64,000 bases of DNA from contig NC_042999.1 of NCBI RefSeq assembly GCF_006345805.1, positions 157,046,001 to 157,110,000 on the forward strand, read 5' to 3'. This DNA comes from Octopus sinensis. Taxonomy: Eukaryota. The notes beneath the pieces were generated by a model. That model saw only the letters and a program-made list of their open reading frames with translations. It had not been told where the DNA came from and made no database searches. A program made the translations under genes and the position numbers. This document shows, in pieces, positions 49,199 through 61,905 of this stretch (its first letter is position 1; each line of letters begins with the position of its first letter).

Positions 49199-49786
49199 AC
49201 CTATCCATTCTTGTTGCTTCTTTCTCGCTTATAATCACCCCACATTACTGTATTGTTAAAACAGTATAGTTTTTTTTGGTGCATCTAAGTTAGGTACCAT
49301 ATTCAAGTAAATTCATTTAAATTAACTTGAATCTTTATTGCTTTTTGTATATATATATATATATATATATATAGCTCCAGTATCACTGCATATTCCATTC
49401 AATGTTAATAAACAAAGACAGTAATTTGACTAAAGGCTAGTCATTGTTGAAATAACTTACATATAATCATTGAAAATGAGGTTGTAAACCAAACTGAAAC
49501 AAGAGACATAGTGTAAAATGATAACTGGTATCTTAAAAGTCAAACAGATAGAGCAGTATCTAAATAAGTGGTGATCGTACTAATAGTTTCAACAGGAATT
49601 ATTCTTATTTAGAAAGATCTAAATTTAATGTTACTTTATACAATGACATAGTTTTTGTTGAAGTATCTCAGGATTTCTATGTAATGTGGTTTGAGATTAA
49701 TTTTTTTTTCTTTTTTTCTCAGTTTGATGAAGAATAATCCATTCAAAAGAATAGTGATTAAGTGTGTTAACCATTTTTTTTTTTTT

Positions 49787-50940
49787 GCTAACCAACCACA
49801 TGGTTCCGGGTTCAGTCCCACTGCGTGGCATCTTGGGCAAGTGTCTTCTGCTATAGCCCCGGGCCGACTAATGCCTTGTGAGTGGATTTAGTAGACGGAA
49901 ACTGAAAGAAGCCTGTCGTATATATGTACATATATGTGGCATCTTGGGCAAGTGTCTTCTACTATAGCCTCGGGCCGACCAATGCCTTGTGAGTGGATTT
50001 GGTAGATGGAAACTGGAAGAAGCTTGTCGTATATATGTATATGTATGTGGCATCTTGGGCAAGTGTCTTCTGCTATAGCCCCGGGCCGACCAATGCCTTG
50101 TGAGTGGATTTGGTAGACGGAAACTGAAAGAAGCCTGTCGTATATATGTACATATATGTGGCATCTTGGGCAAGTGTCTTCTACTATAGCCTCGGGCCGA
50201 CCAATGCCTTGTGAGTGGATTTGGTAGATGGAAACTGGAAGAAGCTTGTCGTATATATGTATATGTATGTGGCATCTTGGGCAAGTGTCTTCTGCTATAG
50301 CCCCGGACCGACCAATGCCTTGTGAGTGGATTTGGTAGACGGAAACTGAAAGAAGCCTGTCGTATATATGTACATATATGTGGCATCTTGGGCAAGTGTC
50401 TTCTACTATAGCCTCGGGCCGACCAATGCCTTGTGAGTGGATTTGGTAGATGGAAACTGGAAGAAGCTTGTCGTATATATGTATATGTATGTGGCATCTT
50501 GGGCAAGTGTCTTCTGCTATAGCCCCGGACCGACCAATGCCTTGTGAGTGGATTTGGTAGACGGAAACTGAAAGAAGCCTGTCGTATATATGTACATATA
50601 TGTGGCATCTTGGGCAAGTGTCTTCTACTATAGCCTCGGGCCGACCAATGCCTTCTGAGTGGATTTGGTAGATGGAAACTGGAAGAAGCTTGTCGTATAT
50701 ATGTATATATATATATATGTATGTATGTGTATGTGTGTCTGTGTTTGTACCCCTAGCATTGCTTGACAACCGATGCTAGTGTGTTTACGTCCCCGTCACT
50801 TAGCGGTTCGGCAAAAGAGACCGATAGAATAAGTACTGGGCTTACAAAGAATAAGTCCCGGGGTCGAGTTGCTCGACTAAAGGCGGTGCTCCAGCATGGC
50901 CGCAGTCAAATGACTAAAACATGTAAAAGAGTAAAAGAGT
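49787..50940 (+). repeat. SINE family C copy with internal 111-bp segment amplified 8 times as a 222-bp higher-order repeat
   Basis: Unit starts at 49825, 49936, 50047, 50158, 50269, 50380, 50491 and 50602. Two variants alternate strictly. Confidence 0.9.
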
Positions 50941-51682
50941 ATTGTCAAAGTACCAGTCACTCACTGACAGGTTTATAGTTGAGCCTGAAGCAGTGGAGAC
51001 CTCCAGCATTCTCGGTCCCTGGACTATATCCTTGCCCACCACTTTTGGGACAGAGATCATAATCTATAAATGGAAGCCCTGTAAGTCAGAGTAGCTGTTC
51101 CAGTGCTTCTCCTTTACCATTTCTAGAAATTACTGGTACTTTACAAATGTATATTTACTCTCAGAACTGTTTTAAATAAATAGACATAATATAATGTCTA
51201 ACAGCTGATGCATACTACCTCTGGATTCCCTCCATTTTCTTCTTGCCATATAAATTAAGGGTAAAACCACTTATTACCCTCGCCTAATCATATTCAGTGG
51301 GGTAATTGCCACACAATAACCAACACTTGTGTATTAATTAGGTATTCTACCAACAGTATATTGGATAGATAGTATCCCTTAGTTGGTTGGATTCACAACC
51401 TCTAACTCTCTTTGAATATATATATATATATAGACAGACAGACAAACAGATAAATACACACACACACATACATATTCACTGTTTCCTATATATAGTGAGA
51501 CAAATTTCGTTTGAATAGGAGACAATTGGGTACACAGCATTCACAAGCTTCAAAAAAGGCAAAATCTGTCTGTCATTCTGGTGAGTCACTACAGCTATGA
51601 TTTCCTTCATTGATGCATATTGTGACGTATATTGTGGTTTTAAAATAAGAGGTCATTGAAGAGTTTTTATTTCAGACATTTC

Positions 51683-52518
51683 CACAACATTATGCCTTGT
51701 AATTCTCCATATAACAACATTATGCCTTGTAATTCTCCATATAACAACATTATGCCTTGTAATTCTCCATATAACACATTATGCCTTGTAATTCTCCATA
51801 TAACAACATTATGCCTTGTAATTCTCCATATAACAACATTATGCCTTGTAATTCTCCATATAACAACATTATGCCTTGTAATTCTCCATATAACAACATT
51901 ATGCCTTGTAATTCTCCATATAACAACATTATGCCTTGTAATTCTCCATATAACAACATTATGCCTTGTAATTCTCCATATAACAACATTATGCCTTGTA
52001 ATTCTCCATATAACAACATTATGCCTTGTAATTCTCCATATAACAACATTATGCCTTGTAATTCTCCATATAACAACATTATGCCTTGTAATTCTCTCCA
52101 TATAACAACATTATGCCTTGTAATTCTCCATATAACAACTTATGCCTTGTAATTCTCCATATAACAACATTATGCCTTGTAATTCTCTCATATAACAACA
52201 TTATCCTTGTAATTCTCCATATAACAACATTATGCCTTTAATTCTCCATATAACAACATTATGCCTTGTAATTCTCCATATAACAACATTATGCCTTGTA
52301 ATTCTCCATATAACAACATTATGCCTTGTAATTCTCCATATAACAACATTATGCCTTGTAATTCTCCATATAACAACATTATGCCTTGTAATTCTCCATA
52401 TAACAACATTATGCCTGTAATTCTCCATATAACAACATTATGCCTTGTAATTCTCCATATAACAACATTATGCCTTGTAATTCTCCATATAACAACATTA
52501 TGCCTTGTAATTCTCATA
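51683..52518. repeat. 30-bp minisatellite, about 28 near-identical copies
   Basis: Unit ACAACATTATGCCTTGTAATTCTCCATATA. Confidence 0.95.
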
Positions 52519-52587
52519 CTAAATGTGTATGAGCACAACAACAGCAGCAGCAGCAGTAACATCATCATCACCACCATCATCATCATC

Positions 52588-52735
52588 AAAAAATACCTTA
52601 GGAATGAGGACCCAGGTTCGAAATTTCCCCAAGACACCTGATGACGGCTGGAGGGTATATCAGACGAAATGTTGTGTTAAGAACAAGCAAGATGAGGACA
52701 AATATCCATCAATTTTAATTAGTAAATGTAGTACA
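52588..52735 (+). mobile_element. Family H tail copy (headless) with hammerhead motif at 52633-52678
   Basis: Matches 15107-15282. Core CTGATGA..GAAA intact, with one stem II mismatch. Confidence 0.8.
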
Positions 52736-52809
52736 TCGAATATCTCAACACAAGTCTCACCCAATAAAATAGATGTACCTTTAACACCTACTTAAATTAA
52801 TTTAAGTTA

Positions 52810-53235
52810 TATCACAAACATCCACACTCAAAACATGCTCCAGTGGCTCACTCACCCCATCAACCATGTATGAGTCTAAGAGCAACTCCCAAATGACTGA
52901 ATCTGGAGCATCATCCTCCCCTTCTGGAAATGGAAGGGTAACAAACTTGTGTGCAGCAACCACATGGGCATCACTCTCCTCTCCATCCCAGGCAAGTTCT
53001 TCACCAGGACCCACCTCAGCCATACTCCTCCTGCCATTACAAGCAGATGCCACCCACAACAAGCTGGATTCATGCCGAATTGATCTACTACTGGCCATAT
53101 TTTTGCCCTTTGTCTCATCATTGAAAGATCTCAAAAATTCCACAGAGACCATCACCTCTACACCACCTTTGTTGACCTCAAATCAGCTCTTGACCCAATC
53201 ATCCATGCATCCCTCTGGAAAGTTTTGAAGTTCTA
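52810..53235 (+). mobile_element. RTE-clade RT fragment
   Basis: GITLLSIPGKFF, PQQAGFMPN and FVDLKSA..HASLWKVL across frameshifts. Confidence 0.75.
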
Positions 53236-53479
53236 AAAAGTTTAAATGAATAAAATCAAGAGGATCAACCTACACCTTAGAACCATCATGGCATCTGATG
53301 TGGCTTTATAAACCAGACAATGTTCTGTAAAGACAACCACATAGATTGCACATCCGGTTTGGACCACTAATTGCTGCAGATAAGTTCTAATTTTTGTGGA
53401 CCTTAAAATGTCTTTTGAGGCCTCTGTTAGATTTGCAAACCTTCTGGCATATACTGCATTCAAAGGTGTGCACAAACCT

Positions 53480-55900
53480 ATAGGCAGAATAATTGGTGGC
53501 AGTTTATTTTCCATGGGTTTGCAAATGAGATTTGAACCCAGCAAAAGAATGGCATAGTCTGACACAATCTGTGCCCACAAAAAGGTCATTGTGATTCACC
53601 TTCTCTATCATAGCATTCTTCCTTAGATCTCTTTTGAATCTTACATACATTATCCTGGCTTCTTCAATCACTTTCATTCCACTCCACACTTTTGTTCGCC
53701 ATCCAGCTTGATCCGAAGCAAGGGTTTCTAAGTTTTCTGGATCCATTCCAAGTGAAGTAATGAGTGAAGTAAGAACCTTCGTCTTGAATTTCAGTTTAGT
53801 CAGATTAAAAACATGCCCTATTGTTTGATAATTTATGTAAATACCCTCCTCAGAGTTTTGAAAAACATGTGACAACACAACTGCAAAGTATATTGCAAAG
53901 AGGGTGGGTGCATTAAAGTCTCCTTGCTTTACTCCATTTTCCCCAGCAAAACAGACAGAAAGCCTACCACCAAAATTAAGTCTAGCTTTCATATCTTGAT
54001 GCAAAGACCTGATCGTGTTTACAAATTTTTCTAGGCAACCTATTTTCCTTAGAATTAGCCATAGAGCATTTTGATTAACAGTATTGAATGCTTTGCTCAA
54101 ATCAACAAAACAATGGTAAAGAGGAAGATTCTGTTCAATGTACTTTTCCTGTAATTGTCTGACAGTAAAGATACAATCTTCTGTGCCCCTGGAGGAACGA
54201 AAACCACACTGAGATTCAGACACTATATTTGGAATTATGATTTATTTAAATGTTCTAACAAAATGTGGGCAAGTACTTTTCCAACCACAGACAAAAGCAA
54301 AATTCTACGAAAATTACCACACAGATCTTTTGGCCCCGATTTAGACAAGGAGACTAAAATAACATCAATCCAGTCTTGAGGCACTTTCTCAGTTCTTCAA
54401 CAGTGACAAATTAATATATTTAAGAGTTCAAACATTTTGCCACCCCCATATTTCAAGACTTCTGCACAGATTCCATCAGACCCTGGAGACTTATTGTTAT
54501 TCAGCTTATTCACAGCTAAATAAATGTCATTTAGAGTTGGTTCAAATGCTATCTCTTCTATAACTGGAAGGTGTTCAATTTTTTCTATCCTCCTCGTATC
54601 AGCGGATGATGGGCTATTCAAAAGCACAGAAAAATGTTCTACCCAACGCTTATGAATAGAAGCAGTGCCAGTCACTGGAGATTTGGGCCATATACCTCCT
54701 TAACATAAGAATACAAACCCTTGGCATCATTTCTATCAGCTGTTTTTTGTGCCCCTTTTGCTCTATCATTCCACCATTCTTGTTTAATTTTCCTGAGAGT
54801 AATCTGCACTTTCCCTTTTAAGCTTCTTTTGAATTGGGGTTCAAGGACTGAGAAAGAAGTGTATTGCCTATGTTTTGTTTTCCTAAAAGCAGATCATTAA
54901 TTTCTGTTGATTTGTCTGAGAACCAGTCACTGGACCTATGTGATTTAAATCCCACTCATGAACTTGCAGCCTGAAATACTTTTGTTTTGAAATTTTCCCA
55001 TAGATTGTTTTGGTCAAGATTGATACTTTCTATAGCATCGCGGAATCTTGATGATTTAAAGTTGGCAACGTTTAACATTTTGGGTACCTTAGGACCAGAC
55101 AGTCGATTTTTAGGCATTATTGAAAAATCTACTTTTCCATGCACTAGACGATGGTCAGTCCAGCTCTCTGCTCCTCTTATGGCCCGAATGCTAAAAACGT
55201 CTTTCATCTCATATTTTCTGATCAGTACTTAGTACCAGTGCTTAGATCTTGGGTGCATCCAGGTGGGTTTTATATTTATTTTTCTGCTTAAATAGAGAGT
55301 TGGTGACAACCAGATTATTCTCAGTACAAAACATCAAAAGATCGACTCCCTTTTTATTACATTTCACAATCCCATTTCAACCTAAAGCAGGCCATGAAAC
55401 GTAGTCCTTTCCAACTCTTGCATTGAAATCTCCCAATATAATCAGCTTGTCAGAAATTGGTACTCTCCTCAATAATTGTGCTAGATCATTATAAAACTCC
55501 AGTTTCACCAGAATAGGACATTGTTGGTGCATAAATACTGACAATGGTAAGAAATCCATCTTTTGTCAGTTTAATACAGCATGCCACAGTCCAATCGGAT
55601 ACACCACTTGGAAGCTCTGCAATGGGGGATACTAATGTATTCTTGAGAGCAAACTCAACACCAGATTCTCTACGCTGTCTCTTAGGTAGGCCTCGCCAAA
55701 AGATACTATATCCATAAGTAGGTTCATTTACTCGACCCTCACCAGAGAGACAAGTTTCAGAGAGCACAGCTATATCAAGGGAATATTTCTTAAGCTCACA
55801 TGTAATAAGTGTAGTATGCCTTTCTGACCTCTTGCTGAAATTATCATCAAGAAGTGTGCACACATTCCAACAGCCAAATTTAAAAGGATGTTTATTTTTA
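53480..55900 (-). mobile_element. RTE/BovB-like LINE (APE plus RT), degenerate, with internal deletion
   Basis: LDIAVLSET, SIYAPTM, IILGDFNARVG, TDHRLV, KSPGSDGI, SQCGFRSSRGT, FVDLSKAF and GVKQG. The YADD region is absent. Confidence 0.9.
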
Positions 55901-56577
55901 CTTTTATTTTAAGATTATTTGACCACAGTGGCAGGATGACGATTGGGCCCAGTCTTTGATACACTGGGACATCTGCCAAACCAGACCTTTTCTCCTGATG
56001 TTCCCAAGACTTTTTTGATATTTACTGAACCGGTTTGAGACATTTTAGAGTAAGTTACAAGTGCATTTTTAGGTTTCTGCCAACCAATGAATTTAATGAT
56101 TTTACTAAGATTTGGTGTACAGGAAGTACCTGTGCAGATGAATAATTTTCAGCCCTGCACTACCCCCACCTACTGGGCCAAGAAGACTTTTGCCAGTGTG
56201 ACATGAAAACTGACAAAACCAGGAACTTCCAAGGCCTCAGGTTTTATTTCGGAGATTTCCTTCTCCTAGGTAGATAACCAACCAAGGTTAAAGAGCTTCT
56301 ACCTTCCCATTAGGTAAGCTATCCCATTCCAGACACCAAACCAACACTTAAACACTCTATAACATGATCAAATGTCACTCCAGTAACCGATGCAGAGAGA
56401 TCATTCATACATATAAAAAAATTTTAAAAAGTGCGATATGTGATTTGTAAATGTAAATAAGAATTAAATATAAATAATATATATAAATATAAAAAAATAA
56501 AAGATATGCAACTGCAAAATATAAAGTAAGATTTAAATATAAAAAATATATGTATAAAAGTAAAAATATACATATTA

Positions 56578-56743
56578 TGGCGCAGGAGTGGCTGTGTGGT
56601 AAGTAGCTTGTTTACCAGCCACATGGTTCCGGATTCAGTCCCACTGCGTGGAATCTTGGGCAAGTGTCTTCTACTATAGCCTCGGGCCGACCAAAGCTTT
56701 GTGAGTGGATTTGGTAGAGGGAAACTGAAAGAAGCCCGTTGTA

Positions 56744-56789
<46 letters not shown>

Positions 56790-57022
56790 ATATATGTATG
56801 CATGTGTGTGTTTGTGTATCTGTGTTTGTCCGCCTAGCATTGCTTGACAATCAATGCTGGTGTGTTTATGTCCCCGTTACTTAGCGGTTCGGCAAAAGAG
56901 ACCGATAGAATCAGTACTGGGCTTACAAAAGAATAAGTCCCGGGGTCAAGTTGCTCGATTAAAGGCGGTGCTCCAGCATGGCCGCTGTCAAATGACTGAA
57001 ACAAGTAAAAGAGTAAAAGAGT
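56578..57022 (+). mobile_element. SINE family C, full copy
   Basis: Family C features. Confidence 0.9.
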
Positions 57023-57074
57023 ATATGTATACATATAAGAGAAAAAATATATATACATATTTATAGATATTTTG

Positions 57075-58470
57075 TTGGATGACCGTTGACTGGCATGGGT
57101 TGTGGGTGGACTTGTTGGCAAGGTGCAAACATGCGCCATACCTGGCAGGACCATCATGACAATTTCCACTTTCTACATTATGTCTTAGAAAGGGTAAATA
57201 GGATTCCTGGCAAGGGTGGGGCTATGGTCCATTTCGACCAATCCAAAGCATTCGGTCGGGTGGACCATCAGTATCTGGCAGTGGTCCTCAGGATGGCTGG
57301 CTTCTGCCTGACCTTCCGTGGATGAATGACTGCTTCATACAGTGACATCAAATCAGTAGTTTAGGTGAACGGTTTCTTCTTGGAGCCATTCTGCATCAAA
57401 CAATCAGTATGTCAAGGGTGCCCTCTCTTTCTACTTCTTTACGTTTTGGCCCATGAACCATTGCTGAGGAAGCTGGAAGCTATGAGGAGCACCCCACAAG
57501 ATCTAGAGTGCGGAAAGTCAGCTTCGACATCACCATCATTGTATCTACAGTAGGTAGGTGAAGCCATAAGAGATTATGAAGCGGTGGCAGGAGCAAAAAT
57601 CAACTGGGATAAATTGGTCAGCTTGCAACTTGGCACCTGGAGGGGCAAGTCAATGCCTTCTGACAGTGTCATGGGACATTGGATGGAAGGGCCGGTGAAA
57701 ATGCTTGGATTCTGGTTTGGTCCAGATCTCCAGATAGAGAAGAATTGGAGCAAGGTGGCTCTCCTAACTCAGACCTGGTCTGAGTGGAGGCTGTCTTTGA
57801 AAGGGAGGATGGAGGTTGCTGAGGTGTTTATTGCCTCTGTAATTCCCTACCGCCTGACCATTGTCCCATGTCCCAATTTGTGGCTGAACAAACTGGAACC
57901 CATGCTCTTCCACTTTTTGTGGAGGGGCAGCAGACCTCTTGTAAGATGCTCTATCTGCTACGAAAAGCCATTGAAGGGTGGGCTAGGGATGCCATAGCTA
58001 AAAACGCACAGACATGTGCAGAGGCTGAGACACCTCTGGCTTTACCTGGACAGTGAGCAGGTACAGTCTCCATTCGTCAAGCTGTTATTTCCACAGTTAA
58101 CATCGTTTACTGAACTGGACCCATGGATCAAGCATAGACTGAGGTTGGGCGCGAATCTGTAATTAAGATCATTCTGCCGCCCTCCCTGAATAGGGAATAG
58201 CAGGCTTGTTTTCTCTTGGTAGTTGCTGTTGTGAAAGAGGTAGTATGGCTGATAAGAGTGAAAGGAATTGCAACGGGCATTTTCATCTCAAGCCTCGTCT
58301 TAGTCGACTTTTTCCTTTTTCCTTTTCTACATGGAAAGGAAAATAAGACTGGGAAAGAAATACCTGTTGCAAAGTGCATTTCGTAAAAGATGGAAGTCTG
58401 TAGCAAGTATGTTGCGAGTGAAAGAACCTATTTAAGCAAGAACAAAAAAAGAAAAAAAAGGAAAAACAAA
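57075..58470 (+). mobile_element. Tx1/L1-clade LINE 3' relic with A-rich tail
   Basis: DQSKAFGRVDH, VCQGCPL, GAKINWDK, RLSLKGR, FHFLWRG..KGGLGMP. A-rich run at about 58440-58470. Confidence 0.85.
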
Positions 58471-59794
58471 GTCCAGTGTGAGAATGGGGTTTGTGGGGTT
58501 GACCGCATCCTCTGCTTCATTTTTTTGTTAATCATTCATTTTGCATTTTATTATATATATTAAAATTATTTATTCATACATTTGTCCCATTCGATCCACT
58601 GACCTCAATATTTGTTTTGTCTGTCCTCGTATCATCCCCTCTTTTTCTTAACCTTATATGGTGAATAAAGAAATTGACTGTTCAGGAGTTCCCCCACCCT
58701 TTTGACGGGTCTTATTTTTCATCCTACAGGACATCCAACAACATCCTCCTCACCAAGCAAGCCTGGTGGGGTTGCCAGTTTAGTCGCTGACGACTCAACC
58801 ATGCGACAGGTTGTACTGGATTACATATTACTAGCAGCACTCAAGAGCGACTTGACATTTATATATATATATATTGCTTATCTTTATTTTTCCTACTTTT
58901 GCTCAGAAGCGTGGAGGTGATAATATTACTATATTACTCAGTATACAAGTTACCTAACAACTATGCAGAAAGTAGACTGAATTATAAAAACATATGTGGA
59001 GCACTAAACACAGCAGCTGTCATACATCTACTGATAAACATAATTTCTACGATAAGTATATGAGTGCGTATATGTGTGTGGAAAGAGAGAGAGAGATCAT
59101 GCATCTATGCATATAGATTATGTATACATATATATCATCATCATCATCATCATCATCATCCACAAATAGGGCTTCAGTGATGTGCTTTTCCACCATCTTA
59201 GTTCGGCAGAGAGCTGACAGAGATGTCTTGACAATATTTGATGTATACACGCAGGTCTAGGTCTCTGGGTGGTATAGGACCTCTGTGTTAGAAGTGTTCT
59301 GGGAGGAGTAGTATCTCTGGTGGGCATGCTAGTGGCACTCCCTAGGGGACCCCACCTGCAGCCCAGCTCTCACTTGTGACTCTAAGCAGCTGTAGCATGC
59401 AAGCACATATATATATTACATAAAGATAGCTATGGCCGCTCAATGGGGTTACCCTGGGTTTCATGTCCATAATGTGCTTAGCTTTATGGCATTTCATGAA
59501 GCCGAGGTGATATCTGCCACAGGCAACACCACTATAGCACAAATAACAGCTCCACCAGCAAAAACAATGGCTACAGCAGTGCCAACAGTACTACTAATGA
59601 TGTCTCCTACACCAGTATTAACAATGTGATGAGACTCAAAGTTTGAAGATCATGCTTCACCACCTCGTCCCATGCCTTCCTGGGTCTACCTCTACCACAG
59701 GTTCCCTCCGTAGTCAGAGATTGGCACTTCTTTACACAGCTGTTCTCATCTATATGCATCACATGACCATACCATATATATATATATATATAAA

Positions 59795-60000
59795 TGTGAC
59801 TGTGTGTGTACCGTTGGCGATTTTTTCCCTCTGTCTTCCCTTCTCTGGATCTTTCCTTCTCCTATGTTTCCGACGAAGAGCTCCGCTCGAAACGTTAAAC
59901 CCTCCTTCTTTCCTTCTTTCCTGAGCGTCCGATAATACCATATTTGTTCCACATCCTCACGTTGTTGTGTTTTTTGTGCTTTCTTGTTTGGATTAACTTT
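59795..60000 (+). mobile_element. Penelope-type terminal-repeat fragment in TA microsatellite
   Basis: Pyrimidine-rich tract with an embedded HHR-like motif. Flanked by (TA)n and no TSD. Confidence 0.55.
59866..59900 (+). ncRNA. Minimal type I hammerhead-like motif with variant core CCGACGA
   Basis: GTTT CCGACGA A GAGC-TCC-GCTC GAA ACGT T AAAC. Stems I-III all close, and stem III is the ACGT palindrome. Confidence 0.6.
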
Positions 60001-60001
60001 A

Positions 60002-60041
<40 letters not shown>

Positions 60042-60479
60042 AGTGATGGCACATGGCCTAGTGTTTAGTGTGCTGCCACTCACAATCACTAGAATGTAAG
60101 TTCGATTCCCAGATCAGGTGGCATGTTTGTGTTCTTGGGCAAAACCCTTCATTTCACATTGCTCCATCCCTGCCTTTTAATCAGGGGTGAATGATTGCCT
60201 GCTTGCTTAAATAGTGAGGTGGCATTATTCAATGGCTAAAATGATGCAAAGCACATTGTGATTGTCCGGTTGGTCACATGATCACAGTTAGGTGACATAT
60301 ATGTAAAGGTCAACTTTGCCTTTCATCCCTTCAGGATCAATAAAATGAGTACCAGCTGAGTACTGGCATCGATATAATCAACTTAGCCTGTTAACTGAGC
60401 ACATAAGTGAGTAAATGAGTTTAGTGGTGATGAGTGAATTAGTGAGTAAGTAAATGATGATGATTGAGTAATGGAATAA

Positions 60480-61136
60480 GTGAGTAAGGAGCGAGGGGAG
60501 AAGAGAATAAGGGAGAGTGAGTAAGTGGTGAAACTTGAGAGGTGGTTGGATGGAACCTACACTCGCCTCCTTATGAGAGCTCAAAATCTCTCGTGGAGGC
60601 GCCATCCAACCAAAGTACAAATATATGGGAAACTACCTCCTATGTCATCTCTTGTGAAAGGTAGGAGAGTCCAGTTTGCTGGACATTGTTGTAGAGCTGA
60701 AAAAGAGGTAATTTCTGCTCTTCTCCTCTGGAAGCCATCTACTCGCAATACCGGAGGGCGCACACTCTCCTACCCTGATGTAATCTTCAGGGATACAGGC
60801 ATCCAGCAACAGGACCTTCGTAATGCTATGTATTTCTTTACTACCCACAAGGGGCTAAATACAGAGAGGACAAACAAGGACAGACAAATGGATTAAGTCG
60901 ATTACATCGACCCCAGTGCGTAACTGGTACTTAATTTATCGACCCCGAAAGGATGAAAGGCAAAGTCGACCTTGGCGGAATTTGAACCCAGAACATAACG
61001 GCAGACGAAATACGGCTAACGTTTCTGCCAGTTCGCCGCCTCTAGACCTCTGTAATGCTATGATGGACCATGAAGTCTGGCGTAGCATGGTAAATTCCAT
61101 TGTCTCGACCACGGTCGAACAATGATGATGATGATG
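60480..61136 (+). mobile_element. RTE-type LINE 3' fragment with nested SINE B (60832-61040, minus strand)
   Basis: LDGTYTRLLMRAQNLSWRRH..QFAGHC. About 18-bp TSD GACCT..GTAATGCTATG flanks the SINE. (GAT)n tail. Confidence 0.85.
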
Positions 61137-61760
61137 AAGTGGTGAGTGAGGTACAGTGAATAAGGGAATGAGTGAATAAGCAAGATAGTGAGTGAATGAG
61201 TATTTCTACCATTTCAGGGAAAAAAATCACTTCAACATCTTCACTGATAACATTTATTGTGTACCACATTCTGTCAGCCTTTGCTATTTCAATGAATTGT
61301 TTCAATTTGTATTAATCTCTCCTGATCTGATATGACACAGCAGTTTTAGTACAACATCAAGCAGAGCAAAACAAGGTCAGTGTGTATAGAATGTCAATGC
61401 TTGTTGTATACCTCAAAGTAAAGGTAATACAGGTGTGGCAGGCAACAGTCAGTCAGGTGACTTCCTCCAAGCAGGAAAGCTTTTTTTGCAGTTACATATT
61501 CCATTGACTAAAGGTAAATAGTTTAAAAACAAGACATTGATTACTTAAAAACTAAAGAAATATTTTGACTTCACAAATTATTGTTAACCAGACACAGTAA
61601 AGAAAATTATAGAAGTAGTTGGAGTATAATTTTGTCATAAGGTGAGCAAATAATGATATCAATAATTTCCTTATTTATTTGTGTTAGTGGTTTAGGGAAA
61701 AAATGTTTATACTAGCTTCAAATTACCTATGCAACCATGTATACATACACACACAGACAT

Positions 61761-61814
<54 letters not shown>

Positions 61815-61822
61815 TATGTGTT

Positions 61823-61854
<32 letters not shown>

Positions 61855-61905
61855 CATACATGTATATGTGTGTATATATATATACATACATATATATATA
61901 TATAT

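Larger units (their letters stand above)
46561..49228 (-). mobile_element. 5'-truncated Penelope-like element with inverted 545-bp terminal duplication
   Basis: 46561-47105 is the reverse complement of 48684-49228 (one difference seen). GIY-YIG ORF between the arms. HHR in each arm. No TSD; abuts (TA)n. Confidence 0.9.

Noticed and set aside
49868-50769. 249- and 293-aa repetitive ORFs
   Set aside because: By-product of the 222-bp SINE-derived array lacking stops in some frames.
51656-52637. 10-aa periodic ORFs and a possible CRISPR-like array (also 37038-37430 and 49825-50700)
   Set aside because: Units are contiguous with no unique spacers, the context is eukaryotic, and there are no cas genes. 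These are minisatellites.
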